Source of the DNA: an uncultured Candidatus Bathyarchaeia archaeon
Lineage (GTDB): Archaea > Thermoproteota > Bathyarchaeia > 40CM-2-53-6 > JALHTG01
DNA: 64,000 nucleotides
Assembly: GCA_964631575.1 (NCBI GenBank)
Contig: CAZVYD010000001.1
Coordinates: 33,262-97,261 of the forward strand
Direction: 5' to 3'
Position 1 is the stretch's first letter. Each line of letters starts with the position of its first letter. The notes under the pieces were generated by a model. It saw only the letters and a program-made list of their open reading frames with translations. It was not told the DNA's origin and made no database searches. Shown piece after piece: positions 38,799 through 48,964 of the stretch. Position numbers and translations under genes: made by a program.

Positions 38799-40009
38799 TT
38801 GGGTGATGCCTTTCCTTTGGCTATGAGAAGCAGTGCGGCTGCGCTAGGCAGTGTAACAACTTTGTTCACATACGGCCCAAAAGTCTGATTTCCAATCCTG
38901 AACTGAGGGGCTTCTCTTACGTGCACTGTCTCCTCTCCCTTGAATGCAATAGAATCGTTAAACGGATCGAAGCTTTCAATGCTACTGATCTCTGCCGCTT
39001 TGAACCCCGTCTTTCCATTCAATGTCTCGGGTATGCGGATCAATCTATGAATATCAGTTGTGACCACAGTGTCCACTCTCGCAGACTCCCTTTCCACAGC
39101 TTTTTGAATTAGTATTCTCCATGTCGCCGGGCCAACTCCTTCAGGAAGCTTTCCCACCTTCTCTCCGATCCACATTGAAGCAAATTCCTCCCCACTCCTG
39201 GCAATAGTCCTCGCAACCCTCCGATTGATGTTCCAACTCGCCAACTCGTCTTCTGAGGCCTCAGTCAGGATCTCATATAGACCCCTAGCAACCCTCCCCC
39301 GCCAGCCCGATGCTCGGAATTGGACTTCTGGCGCCCCCCTTCTATCCAAGAGATCCTGATGAATGTCCGGGTTGAATCCGAGGCCTAGTACATAGTCAAC
39401 GATCTCCTTTCGTTCGTCACCGTCAAGATTCTTGGCTTCCCCTGTTCTTACATGCACATGATATCCTCTATGTCCCGAGAAACATACAGTCATGTCATGC
39501 CTTGGGAGGCCGAAGTCTTCCATCAGGAAGTCTAGGAGTTTGATGACCTCCTCCTTGGCCCTTTCTAAGCATGCCTCGCAAAGCCAAGCCTCTTCGTCTA
39601 TTCTCTCTCCTTGACATTTCGGACATCTTTCGGGGACGGGCCCTTTCCCCTGCGCGTTACAGTTCCTACACATCCAAAGATCGTGCACATACTTGCATGG
39701 AGTGTTTATGTGGTCGGCGTCCACATCGAAGGTGAGATCCGCGCCCTGCCATTTCTTTTGATCCATCTCCTCCTCCGGCTCAAGGTAATATGCGGTTGAA
39801 CTGTATGCGTGTGCAGGCACCGTCGTGCTGATGAAGGCGCGGAGATCGGCTGCGTTTTTGAAAGCCCTGTGTCTTACCATCACTCCTCCTTCGAACAACA
39901 GAAACCCATATTCTCTTTTCTCCATTTCAGGGGGAGGCTTTATCTTTTCAGCATTGCCTTGATAGTACTCTTCGAACTTTCGCTTTACATACTCGTCATT
40001 TCCCGGCAT
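38795..40009 (-). CDS. priS: DNA primase small (catalytic) subunit PriS
   Basis: Catalytic DxD (LTFDVDADHI) and zinc-knuckle region CRNCNAQG...CPKCQG. Confidence 0.9.
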   Translation of the reverse strand: MPGNDEYVKRKFEEYYQGNAEKIKPPPEMEKREYGFLLFEGGVMVRHRAFKNAADLRAFISTTVPAHAYSSTAYYLEPEEEMDQKKWQGADLTFDVDADHINTPCKYVHDLWMCRNCNAQGKGPVPERCPKCQGERIDEEAWLCEACLERAKEEVIKLLDFLMEDFGLPRHDMTVCFSGHRGYHVHVRTGEAKNLDGDERKEIVDYVLGLGFNPDIHQDLLDRRGAPEVQFRASGWRGRVARGLYEILTEASEDELASWNINRRVARTIARSGEEFASMWIGEKVGKLPEGVGPATWRILIQKAVERESARVDTVVTTDIHRLIRIPETLNGKTGFKAAEISSIESFDPFNDSIAFKGEETVHVREAPQFRIGNQTFGPYVNKVVTLPSAAALLLIAKGKASPK

Positions 40010-41048
40010 ACCTTCGACCTCTGGACGAAGCTCTGCGGAGTTTCATTCTATAGTAAGAGAGTGGGTGACTGATCCGTCTGCACAGCTCATCCGGGGAGAT
40101 GCACAAGCCATGCGTCCTTAGAGTGGCACATTTCGGTGGCTTGTACTTGGTCTTGCCTCCTCTTGCTCCGGCGATGTGCTCAACTTGGTATCGCGTCTTC
40201 CTTTCATCGAAATCGGCCGCTGTCTTGAATAGCAGCAGAATGCTCTCTTGACTTGCGCCGGCATTGACCAAGAAGGAAGTCAAAGCGAAGCGTCCGATGT
40301 GAGGAATATGCTTGCCGGAATGCATTGAATCGTACAGGTTGCGTATGCACGGAGGCATAGCCTCGGGGATAACGGCCTGAGGCAGCTCCGAGAAAGCAGA
40401 GACGGTCCTCCTCTGTGAGACTAGTCTCCTTAGCCTTTCGATCCTGCTTCTCAGAAAATCTGGCTGTTCCGGAGGAATATCCTTCATCCTGCTGAGAATC
40501 CTGCTTTGGATTTCTTCTTGGAGAAGCCTTGTGGCTTCGTCTTTACTTACTTCAACTAATCCATGATCAAGCAGGCGGTTGGTCAGCTTCCACTTGGATT
40601 CCTTGATTCTGAGTGCATTCTTAATGTAGTTCTTGAAATTCACTCTAAGAATTGGGGTTCCCTTGTTACTCTCCTTCTCTGTAAGGTCAATCTTCCAACT
40701 AAAAGTCTTCAAGGCTACTTCGGCAACTCTGCTCGTATCCTCATTGAGCAGGAACTGGGATGCCCTCCTAGATTCAGCCAACGCAAAGCGTCTTTGGACC
40801 CAATCATCTTGGAGAATCGTCGCTAGGTAAACTGCGACAGGAAATGATAGGATTTCAATATCATCATTTTGCCATTCTGATGAAACTGCGCCATCTACTA
40901 TTGCCTGTCGTAGTCTCTCCTCAGCTCTATCCAGAATTGTCGCGTAGCTCTGATCGGATAGTTCTTCTACTGTTAGCCCTCGTTGCCTTACGTATTCCAC
41001 TGCCTCAGGAACGACTGGATATTTCGCCTGATCAACCTTGCTAAGCAT
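39996..41048 (-). CDS. priL: DNA primase large subunit PriL
   Basis: 350 aa with a C-terminal Fe-S cluster-domain Cys pattern; overlaps priS by 14 nt. Confidence 0.85.
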   Translation of the reverse strand: MLSKVDQAKYPVVPEAVEYVRQRGLTVEELSDQSYATILDRAEERLRQAIVDGAVSSEWQNDDIEILSFPVAVYLATILQDDWVQRRFALAESRRASQFLLNEDTSRVAEVALKTFSWKIDLTEKESNKGTPILRVNFKNYIKNALRIKESKWKLTNRLLDHGLVEVSKDEATRLLQEEIQSRILSRMKDIPPEQPDFLRSRIERLRRLVSQRRTVSAFSELPQAVIPEAMPPCIRNLYDSMHSGKHIPHIGRFALTSFLVNAGASQESILLLFKTAADFDERKTRYQVEHIAGARGGKTKYKPPKCATLRTHGLCISPDELCRRISHPLSYYRMKLRRASSRGRRYAGK

Positions 41049-41058
41049 ATTGGATTGC

Positions 41059-41814
41059 TTATTCCGCTTCTATCCTCGGCGCAAGATAGTATTGCAATCG
41101 TCCCTGCTGCGGCATCTCGAACTGTATCCGAACCGGCATATTGGATGAGTATTCGACAGTGACAACCTCTGAGGTCGTAGCTCCAGCCTTTATGATCTCG
41201 GCCAAATAGTTAAGATTGAAGGTCGCCTTCGAAGGCTCCTTCACCTCTAGATCCAGCAGGGCTTCACTTCCTTTCTCCAACTCGATTGTGGCGCTACTCA
41301 ACTCGCCGGATGAGTTAACTATGAACTTCTCTACGGTAGATTCGAGTCTCACATTGTCACTTATTGCTTGGGAGTCCTCAATCATATCTCTTAGGCTACT
41401 TGCTATCATCTTGACGCGCGCGTTGAAACTCAATTTGGGAGTAGGGACCTCTTCCTCACTGGGTTCAAGGGTTGGCATAGTGAACTTTCTCATCATCTTT
41501 CCTTTCAATGTCATCTCGATCTTCTTCGTTGCTTCGTCATAAGCGATCTCAAGACGCTCATCTGGCCCGACTCTTCTAAGCAGCTTAAGCATCGAGTTCA
41601 TATTCATCCTGATCTTCAGTGGAGCGCTGCACGAGTAATTCTCGAAGGCAGAACTTGGAAGTTCAAAGTCGACCATGGCCACATGAGACGGATCCATCGA
41701 CCGGAGCTTGATTGTGTCCGGCGATATCTCGAAATCAGCCTCTTCGATCAGTGTGGAGATTGCTGTGAGTAGATTCTTCCAGACTCTTGCGTCTGCGAAT
41801 GCCGCTTTGAACAT
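41059..41814 (-). CDS. pcn: DNA polymerase sliding clamp PCNA
   Basis: MFKAAFADARVWKNLLTAISTLIEEADFEISPD N-terminus and roughly 250 aa two-domain length. Internal ATG chosen. Confidence 0.9.
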   Translation of the reverse strand: MFKAAFADARVWKNLLTAISTLIEEADFEISPDTIKLRSMDPSHVAMVDFELPSSAFENYSCSAPLKIRMNMNSMLKLLRRVGPDERLEIAYDEATKKIEMTLKGKMMRKFTMPTLEPSEEEVPTPKLSFNARVKMIASSLRDMIEDSQAISDNVRLESTVEKFIVNSSGELSSATIELEKGSEALLDLEVKEPSKATFNLNYLAEIIKAGATTSEVVTVEYSSNMPVRIQFEMPQQGRLQYYLAPRIEAE

Positions 41815-41918
41815 ATACTTTCCCAACTCATACCATTGCCTTGACTTCAGCAAATAACCTTTGACTGTATCCTCAGATGCATTCTAGCCTTAAAAGACTA
41901 CAGGTGTCTTAGAACAAG

Positions 41919-42242
41919 TCAAGCACTTTCTCGCCAAGTTGTTCCGCATCGAGTACACCGGAAAAACTGGGTTGAGGACTCATCTGCACCTCTTGTCTGA
42001 ACCAGCCAGTAGAATGCTTCGTTGTTGCCGCACTTCGGGCACTCTGCCCTCGTCTTTGGGAGAGTTCGAATCTTCTGTTCTTCTTGTCCTATGACTACTA
42101 TCTTCTCTTCATCGTGCTGAATCTTGCTTAGACTCTTTTGACCTTTTCTGGTTTCGTATCCACATTTGGGACAGTTAAGTACGACCTTCTTCTCTTTCAT
42201 CTGGGGTGTGAGGGTAGTTCCGCACTTAGGGCAGAATTGCAT
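41919..42242 (-). CDS. tfs: Transcription factor S (TFS; RNA polymerase subunit M-like)
   Basis: Two zinc ribbons: CPKCG...CPKCG and C-terminal CPKCGNNEAF...RCTRCG. Confidence 0.85.
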   Translation of the reverse strand: MQFCPKCGTTLTPQMKEKKVVLNCPKCGYETRKGQKSLSKIQHDEEKIVVIGQEEQKIRTLPKTRAECPKCGNNEAFYWLVQTRGADESSTQFFRCTRCGTTWRESA

Positions 42243-42249
42243 TTTGGCT

Positions 42250-42801
42250 TCAACTGCCGCCCCGAAATTGACGGAGTGTCCAATTTAATCTTTTTGGGTT
42301 ATTCGCGGCTGATGCGATGAGGCCAGCAACCCTCACAGGCTCAGGTATGACGCTCCTGCAACTAGTAATTCTAAGAATCTCGATAGCCTTTTCTGTTGTT
42401 AGATCGATGCCAAGCGCCGAGACGCCCTTTTGCAGGCTCAGGTGAACGGCTTTTCTTACCTTTTTCAGTATTTGACCCACGATTTTGGTCTGTCTTTCTT
42501 GAAGGATCGCAATCGTCGGGAGTTTCGTAGTAGCATTGAACTCCTTCAAACCGGTAGCCTTCAAAGGACTCAACATTGCCCCGTGCAACATGGCGAATCT
42601 CAACTCATTGTAGAACTTTGACCTAGTGACCATTGCAGCGAGTTTTCTCGCCACATGAGGCTCGGTGACATCGATGATGGAGGTTACGATGCCGTCAAGG
42701 CACAGGCTACCCCTAAAGACAACTCCAACGACAACTCTTTTCCTCAGTCGTGTGGTTCCATCGTCTATACCTATGACTCTGGTTTCCATCTTCAAGGCCA
42801 T
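42250..42801 (-). CDS. DUF99/UPF0215 family protein
   Basis: RVIGIDDG N-terminal motif characteristic of UPF0215. Confidence 0.65.
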   Translation of the reverse strand: MALKMETRVIGIDDGTTRLRKRVVVGVVFRGSLCLDGIVTSIIDVTEPHVARKLAAMVTRSKFYNELRFAMLHGAMLSPLKATGLKEFNATTKLPTIAILQERQTKIVGQILKKVRKAVHLSLQKGVSALGIDLTTEKAIEILRITSCRSVIPEPVRVAGLIASAANNPKRLNWTLRQFRGGS

Positions 42802-42805
42802 TGCC

Positions 42806-43171
42806 TCATTTACTCATCAGTTTTTCAAGGATCTTTTCTGAGAGATTTGCAAAAGCGTCAGAGGGGGAATCTGCCTGTCTCTCAAGAATGGTCGTGACTT
42901 CGTCTAACGTCAAGTAGTGATGGAGCCAAGCGTAGGCGACAAGCGATTCTACTGCATTAGATACGTCCCCTCTACTCATCCTTCTGGGGAGGAGTTCGCG
43001 GATCCCTGCCTTACGCGCCGCATCTGCCAGAGCCTTGTCGCTAACCTTAGTCCCCACAGGTTGCCTGAGACTTCGCGTTAGGGCAAGAGAATACGCAAAA
43101 TTGACGAATGAGTCTCCAAACTGAGCTAACTTTCTGTCCAGAAGGATCTGGACGAGTTCTTGTGTCTTCAT
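42806..43171 (-). CDS. RNase III-like single-domain protein (mini-III-like, acidic residues partly substituted)
   Basis: KLAQFGDSFVNFAYSLAL resembles RNase III signature ERLEFLGDSVL; GDVSNAVESLVAYAW resembles ADVFEALIGAIYLD. Tentative motif-level call only. Confidence 0.35.
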   Translation of the reverse strand: MKTQELVQILLDRKLAQFGDSFVNFAYSLALTRSLRQPVGTKVSDKALADAARKAGIRELLPRRMSRGDVSNAVESLVAYAWLHHYLTLDEVTTILERQADSPSDAFANLSEKILEKLMSK

Positions 43172-43247
43172 GACGAGAAGCCCCGGTCATAGTCTATCCT
43201 TTGAAGGGTTGCTCGTAGAGACGAACCGAATCCTATGGGAGCCACGT

Positions 43248-43532
43248 CTACCGAGGCCTTGTAGCCTTCTCAAATTCCTGAAGGAATTCGTTGGTTGTGT
43301 GGCAAATTCTGTCCAGTGCCTTTAACAGAGCTCGTTCGGGTGATCGGTCCGCTCGGGTTCTCAAATGCAAGACAGGTTTTGCCACGAGAGGATGGGGAAT
43401 GTCATACCCCGCCATCTCCACGGTCTTGTCCTCCAGAAGTGCGTCTTGCAACAGATTACAGAACGTATGTCCCTCACCTTCAACCTCGATTTTCAACTCG
43501 TTCTTCGTCTTCTTCAAAATGGCTATTTTCAT
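43248..43532 (-). CDS. rpoL: DNA-directed RNA polymerase subunit L (Rpo11)
   Basis: 94 aa; N-terminus MKIAILKKTKNELKIEVEGEGHTFCNLL. Confidence 0.8.
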   Translation of the reverse strand: MKIAILKKTKNELKIEVEGEGHTFCNLLQDALLEDKTVEMAGYDIPHPLVAKPVLHLRTRADRSPERALLKALDRICHTTNEFLQEFEKATRPR

Positions 43533-43544
43533 TGCGGATTTCCT

Positions 43545-44120
43545 CTATGTGGCATATCTGCCATAATCGTCCGAGGTTTTTCTGCGCTCCACTTTTCCAC
43601 ATGAGGGGCATTGCAAGACGTGATTTCGCTGCACGAGCGGTTGGCCGCATTGGGAGCAGTAAGCCTTCACTACACCCAGTCCCCTCCCTATGGTTGTCAG
43701 TTGAGGAACCCTATTCTTCGTGCTTACTATCTTCGCACGAACGATATCACCCGTCTTACATACTTCTTTCATTGTTCTCTCATATCGAGGACTTGACGAC
43801 GATATGTGAAGGATACCCGAGAAAGGCGTCCCAACAGGTAGTTGGTCTATCTCAAGGATGTTGACTTGGGCAACTTTGTCCTGTGTACTTGTGACGATGC
43901 TGATCACAGTCGAGTCCTCTTCAGGGATCAACGGCTTCTTCGTCTTTCTCTGGATCTCAACGATCTTGTTTACCTTGTCTATTTTCGCAAGGCCTATGGC
44001 CTCTGAGTATATCGTTCCATTCTCTTCATAGGTGCCACGACCAGGAACGAATTCCTCTATGACGCCCAGTCTTTCACCCGGAACGACGAATTGTACCCTC
44101 TGTCCAACCTTGCTAGACAT
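43545..44120 (-). CDS. csl4: Exosome complex RNA-binding subunit Csl4
   Basis: N-terminal domain, S1 domain, then C-terminal zinc ribbon CSQCG...CPSCG. Confidence 0.85.
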   Translation of the reverse strand: MSSKVGQRVQFVVPGERLGVIEEFVPGRGTYEENGTIYSEAIGLAKIDKVNKIVEIQRKTKKPLIPEEDSTVISIVTSTQDKVAQVNILEIDQLPVGTPFSGILHISSSSPRYERTMKEVCKTGDIVRAKIVSTKNRVPQLTTIGRGLGVVKAYCSQCGQPLVQRNHVLQCPSCGKVERRKTSDDYGRYAT

Positions 44121-44745
44121 CCCTTATCATCCTGAAGAGATCGACTTTCACCAAATGCTTCCTTTTGCGATGGAACGTGAACATGTATGGAATTTCAAAT
44201 TCAAGTTGATGTATTTCGCTGACTGTGCCTCCATGCTTTTCAACCAGCCTTTTTATAAAGGCTCTGTTCTTGACACCGCACTTGTGAAGAGAATACACGA
44301 CACTTCCGATTTCCAACGCCTTAGCTACGAATATCCTGTCCGCCCCTCTCCGCTGAACCCCGAAGGGCGGATTCTGGATCACTGTATCTACATTTCCAAC
44401 GATCGCTCTGACATCGGAAAGTATCCATTGAACCTTCTCTTGCTGGCTCGACATTGCTGCATTGCGCTTAGCTGTCTCTATTGCTCTCCTATCGAAATCC
44501 ACTCCCACCGTCAGTTCGGCCCCCAAGTAGGCGCTTCCAAGAGCAAGTCTTCCAGTTCCACAACCAAGATCTACAACAATTCTGCCGTCTATGTCATGAT
44601 GCCGGTATTCTGCGATAAATAAAACCTCAGAGGCGGTCTTCGGTGAAATTGTATATTGTTCAAGATTCGATCTAGGTTCGGGGTGTGGCTTAAGTGATTG
44701 GAGGAAGAGTTCAAGTTCTCTTCGAGGGACTATCCTCTTGTGCAT
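44113..44745 (-). CDS. METTL5-like SAM-dependent methyltransferase (NPPF-type amino-methyltransferase)
   Basis: SAM motif I VVDLGCGTG and catalytic NPPFG. Confidence 0.7.
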   Translation of the reverse strand: MHKRIVPRRELELFLQSLKPHPEPRSNLEQYTISPKTASEVLFIAEYRHHDIDGRIVVDLGCGTGRLALGSAYLGAELTVGVDFDRRAIETAKRNAAMSSQQEKVQWILSDVRAIVGNVDTVIQNPPFGVQRRGADRIFVAKALEIGSVVYSLHKCGVKNRAFIKRLVEKHGGTVSEIHQLEFEIPYMFTFHRKRKHLVKVDLFRMIRDV

Positions 44746-45718
44746 AGTCTTCCCAACGCTTCACGCCTACCGCTATCATCGCCTCATCCGGGTTAAGAAC
44801 AGGCTTGCTGAATCTGTCTCGGTCATCCAACGCGACCCTTGGACAGCCCGTGCTCACGAAACCTTCAATATCGGAGAAGTTCTCCAGCACAATCGGATCT
44901 ATCTCACGCAAGGCGAGAAAAACGCATTCATGTCCTCTACTTTCTAGAAGAACTCTCACCTCTGTAGCTACGGTTGGCCTGAACTGCCCTGTTTTGAGTC
45001 CTATGATTATCCCTATTTTCCTCGCCTTTCTGAAGGAATCTATGGCCGCATATCGCTTCTTGAAGAATCTCTTGGCCAGCCTCTCCATGTCCCGCACTTC
45101 GTGTTGAAATGGATCTGCCACGATGGTCCTCTTTCCTGTCGCAATTCTGACGCCGAGTCCATGAAAATCTCCTCCAGAGAGGACAAGAAAGGCATCCACT
45201 TTAGGTGAGATAGATTCGACCGTTCTAAACTGGCATCCAAGGATTTGCCCATCATACCTCAGCTCTCCTTCTGCCTTGCCTATTCGGACAGTTTTTCCTG
45301 CCTCTTCCAAGATGTGCTTGGCCGTGTTCAATTTGTCGACATGCTGGATTACTGACGCAAGCCCGATAGCTCGTTCTTCCTTGAGTTCTGCCAGAGCCTT
45401 CCGGACTACTCCGGCCACATCCAGTAAGGCTCTTGCCTCAATGAAGACACATTTTTCGTTCTTGATCCCAAATGTCTCAGAGTGGCCGAGATGGACTATG
45501 AGGTCAGCCTCTAAGGTTGATGCTTCGCTCAGCGCCAAGTCGCAGGAACCGTAGCAAGGATCTGCCGAGATTATTACTTCGGCAGAGGTTTGCTTCTCAA
45601 GTAATCGTGACAGCTGGAACGCAGCTGGCCTAAGCCCATCGGGTACCTGTAGCAGGACTCGCTTTGAGTTCCGCCTAGTTACCTCGCTTATGATCTTTTC
45701 CGGCTCTAGATCCAACAA
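44711..45718 (-). CDS. dph2: Diphthamide synthesis protein Dph2 (2-(3-amino-3-carboxypropyl)histidine synthase)
   Basis: 335 aa with three-domain Dph2 layout and conserved Cys residues; classic Csl4-Dph2 neighbourhood. Confidence 0.8.
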   Translation of the reverse strand: MLDLEPEKIISEVTRRNSKRVLLQVPDGLRPAAFQLSRLLEKQTSAEVIISADPCYGSCDLALSEASTLEADLIVHLGHSETFGIKNEKCVFIEARALLDVAGVVRKALAELKEERAIGLASVIQHVDKLNTAKHILEEAGKTVRIGKAEGELRYDGQILGCQFRTVESISPKVDAFLVLSGGDFHGLGVRIATGKRTIVADPFQHEVRDMERLAKRFFKKRYAAIDSFRKARKIGIIIGLKTGQFRPTVATEVRVLLESRGHECVFLALREIDPIVLENFSDIEGFVSTGCPRVALDDRDRFSKPVLNPDEAMIAVGVKRWEDYAQEDSPSKRT

Positions 45719-45786
45719 TTCACTTTAGGATCCTTACCGAAGTTCCAGTAACCATGCATCTGAGGCCGTGTAGGATTTCCAGTCGT

Positions 45787-48306
45787 CTACCTTCGCCGTT
45801 TCTGTCTTCGCTGAGAGCCTCGTTTTCTTGAGGTTTTTAGTCGTTCCTCCACTTTAGCAACATCTATGTATGCTTGGATCACAGTGTCGGGGTTGAGGCT
45901 CATCGAGTCTATTTCGTTTTCTACGAGGAAGACTCGGACTTCTTCAAAGTCTGACGGTGACTGTCCACAGATTCCCACCTTGACACGAGGCTTCGCTGAG
46001 TGTGCAATCTTGATGAGCTGCGCAATCGACCTTTTGACCGCCTCATTCCTCTCGTCGAAAAGATGTGCCAGTAGCTCGGAGTCTCTGTCTATGCCTAGCA
46101 CTAGCTGTGTAAGGTCGTTGCTTCCGATACTGAATCCATCGAATCGTTTGGAAAACTCATCTGCGAGGATAACGTTGCTGGGAATCTCGGCCATGCAGTA
46201 TAGCTCCAAACCATTCTTGCCTCGTCGGAGTCCCTCCTCTCGGAGCACCTTTATGACCTCGTCAGCTTCTTCGATGGTTCTGCAGAACGGGAACATTATC
46301 TTCACATTCGTCAGCTTCATTTCGTCACGGACCTTTCTCATTGCTTTACATTCAAGACGGAAGGCTCGAGAGTAGTCTCCTCCATAATATCTGCTGCAGC
46401 CTCGATATCCAATCATGGGGTTGCTCTCGGTGGGCTCGTATAACCAACCGCCGATGAGGTTTGCGTATTCATTGCTCTTGAAATCCGAGAGGCGAACTAT
46501 GACGTCTCCGCCGATTGTTCTATCGCTTGATTTGGTGGGGTAGAATGCTGCGGCAATCGTTGCGACGCCGTATGCGAGCTTGTCGACAAAGAATTGAGGT
46601 TTGTCGTCATATCCCGCTGTGATCTGCTCAATCTTCTTTAGATCCTCTTCAAGCCTTTGCCGTACTTGCTCCAGAGGCATCTTATGTCTAAGAGCAACTT
46701 GTTCGAGTTCGCTCTTGTTTTGTAGCATCTGTTTCAGCTTCTCAAAGTCAAGCAGAGCAAGTGGATGGGCCTGAATGTGGGAGTTTATGATGAATTCGAG
46801 CCGGGCGAGGCCCACGCCGTCGTTCGGCATTTGTCCTTGGTCGAATGCTTTTTCTGGAATGCCCACGTTCATCATTATGGCGGTCTTTGTTCTTGGGAAA
46901 TGTGACAAGTCGGTTTCTTCAACTTCGAACTTGAGGAGTCCTTCATATATTCTGCCCGCCCCCTCGCTGCAGTCCACCGTCACGTCGAGTCCTGACTTCA
47001 GCACTTCTGTGCCGTGCTCAGTGCCTATGACGCACGGTATCCCCAGTTCACGGCTTACAATCGCAGCGTGGCATGTACGTCCCCCTTTGTCTGTAACTAT
47101 GGCCGATGCTATCTTCATTATTGGTTCCCAATCGGGGTCAGTCATCTCTGTTACGAGGACTTCCCCTCTCCTGAACTTCGTTATGTCACGAGAGCTTTGT
47201 ATGATGTTAGCACGGCCTTGACCTATCATCCGCCCGACAGGCTCCCCTTCGACTAGGACTCTGCTCTTCTCCCTTAGAACGTAGTCTCTCAGCTTTGTTC
47301 GATCTCTCACAGAGTGAACGGTTTCAGGGCGAGCTTGCACGATGTAGAGTTTTCCTGTCCTTCCGTCGCGAGCCCATTCAATATCCATGGGCAAACCATA
47401 ATGCTTCTCAATCTCGACAGCATATCGGGCAAGTTGCTCTGCCTCTTCATCTGTGATGACATATCTGAGCTGCTGTTCCGGAGGCACTGAGGCTTGTGTT
47501 GTTCCTCCTTTCTCGTCGTAGATTAGCTTGATCGTCTTGCCTCCAGGCCTTTTGCTGATCACTTTTCCAGTAGGTTTGAATACGTAGAATTGGTCAGGAT
47601 TCACTTTTCCTTGGACGACATATTCTCCGAGGCCCCAGCTACCAGTGATGTATACAACGTTCTTGAAACCTGATTCCGTATCTATGCTGAAGATTACGCC
47701 ACTGCTTGCTAGGTCGGAACGAACCATCTTTTGAACTGCAACCGAAAGGCGCACCCCTGAATGGTCAAATCCCTTGTCAACTCGATAGCTGATCGCTCTA
47801 TTGGTAAAGAGGCTTGCCATGCACTTCTTTGTTGATTCGATTATGTTGTCGAGGCCTTGGACGTTCAGATAGGTCTCCTGCTGACCTGCAAAGCTCGCGT
47901 CAGGCAGGTCTTCTGCTGTTGCACTGCTTCGGATAGCGCAATCAGGTTCCTTTTCACCAAGTTTCTCACCTAGTTTCTGGTAGTATTCTGCAATTGCCTG
48001 TTCCAGCTCTTCCGGCAACTCAGCTTTCTCAATGGCCTCTCTAATGGCGGCGCCCCTCTTCTGAAGTTCGCCCACATCATGTGTGTCTAAGCCTTCAAGT
48101 TGCTTTCCTATGAAGTCCCCAAGGCCTGCCTTCTCGATGGTAAGTTGGTATGCGTATGCAGTTACTGCAAATCCAGGCGGTACAGGAACGCGGGTCTTTC
48201 TAATCATTTCGCCTAGGCTCGCATTCTTCCCGCCCACAAGCGGTATGTCTTTACGACCTACTTCATCAAACCAGATCACGAGTGGAGGATTTTTATCTTG
48301 AGGCAA
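45787..48306 (-). CDS. ppsA: Phosphoenolpyruvate synthase (pyruvate, water dikinase)
   Basis: 839 aa; phosphohistidine region GGRTCHAAIVSRELGIPCV and PEP-utilising C-terminal TIM-barrel. Confidence 0.9.
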   Translation of the reverse strand: MPQDKNPPLVIWFDEVGRKDIPLVGGKNASLGEMIRKTRVPVPPGFAVTAYAYQLTIEKAGLGDFIGKQLEGLDTHDVGELQKRGAAIREAIEKAELPEELEQAIAEYYQKLGEKLGEKEPDCAIRSSATAEDLPDASFAGQQETYLNVQGLDNIIESTKKCMASLFTNRAISYRVDKGFDHSGVRLSVAVQKMVRSDLASSGVIFSIDTESGFKNVVYITGSWGLGEYVVQGKVNPDQFYVFKPTGKVISKRPGGKTIKLIYDEKGGTTQASVPPEQQLRYVITDEEAEQLARYAVEIEKHYGLPMDIEWARDGRTGKLYIVQARPETVHSVRDRTKLRDYVLREKSRVLVEGEPVGRMIGQGRANIIQSSRDITKFRRGEVLVTEMTDPDWEPIMKIASAIVTDKGGRTCHAAIVSRELGIPCVIGTEHGTEVLKSGLDVTVDCSEGAGRIYEGLLKFEVEETDLSHFPRTKTAIMMNVGIPEKAFDQGQMPNDGVGLARLEFIINSHIQAHPLALLDFEKLKQMLQNKSELEQVALRHKMPLEQVRQRLEEDLKKIEQITAGYDDKPQFFVDKLAYGVATIAAAFYPTKSSDRTIGGDVIVRLSDFKSNEYANLIGGWLYEPTESNPMIGYRGCSRYYGGDYSRAFRLECKAMRKVRDEMKLTNVKIMFPFCRTIEEADEVIKVLREEGLRRGKNGLELYCMAEIPSNVILADEFSKRFDGFSIGSNDLTQLVLGIDRDSELLAHLFDERNEAVKRSIAQLIKIAHSAKPRVKVGICGQSPSDFEEVRVFLVENEIDSMSLNPDTVIQAYIDVAKVEERLKTSRKRGSQRRQKRRR

Positions 48307-48407
48307 CTTGACATCGCCTCCCTAGTAGGAAGAACAGGTCATATTAAAGGCTCTCGCAGAATCTTGAGGTGAATGAAGAGCGCTAATATGGAGGCTTGTC
48401 GTCTCTC

Positions 48408-48914
48408 TCAAGCGAGCTTCTCGACAACTATTCTGCACTGGCTTGGAAGTTTTCCGGCGCCGATTGCCAGAGCCTTCTTTGCATGTTCAACTGCGTCCTT
48501 GTTCACATATATTGAAAGAATGGCTTGATCAGCTCTTACTCTGGCGGCTCTTCCTGAAGGCTTTCCGAATGCTCTTCTCATTCCTTCTTGGAGCCTATCC
48601 GCCCCCGCAGTGGCTATCATTCTGTTCTCCCTGAGAACTACGTGCGGATAGACACAAAGGTTCAGAAGGTAACCAGTCTCTCCCATCCTGTCAGCAAGCA
48701 CCTTGTTCGCCGCGACGCGAGCCGCCTCCAATGCGTTGTGTCGAATTTGAACAGCGTATCCCGCCAGAAGAGAAACCTTGTGCTCATAGGTTGTCTTGGA
48801 ATCGCCCATGATGAACCTGCTAATCTTCAGCGAGGGCGACCCGTGAATATACTCTCCCCTAGTGTAGGGTTGCCCCTTTGCCTGTCTGTAGTTGCGGCCT
48901 TTCAATGGGATCAA
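48408..48914 (-). CDS. rpl10e: Ribosomal protein L10e (uL16)
   Basis: Characteristic N-terminus RNYRQAKGQPYTRGEY. Confidence 0.9.
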   Translation of the reverse strand: MIPLKGRNYRQAKGQPYTRGEYIHGSPSLKISRFIMGDSKTTYEHKVSLLAGYAVQIRHNALEAARVAANKVLADRMGETGYLLNLCVYPHVVLRENRMIATAGADRLQEGMRRAFGKPSGRAARVRADQAILSIYVNKDAVEHAKKALAIGAGKLPSQCRIVVEKLA

Positions 48915-48964
48915 TTCCTACGTCGGCTCAGCATACCGTTCCTTGAGAAATATTTAAGCGTTCA

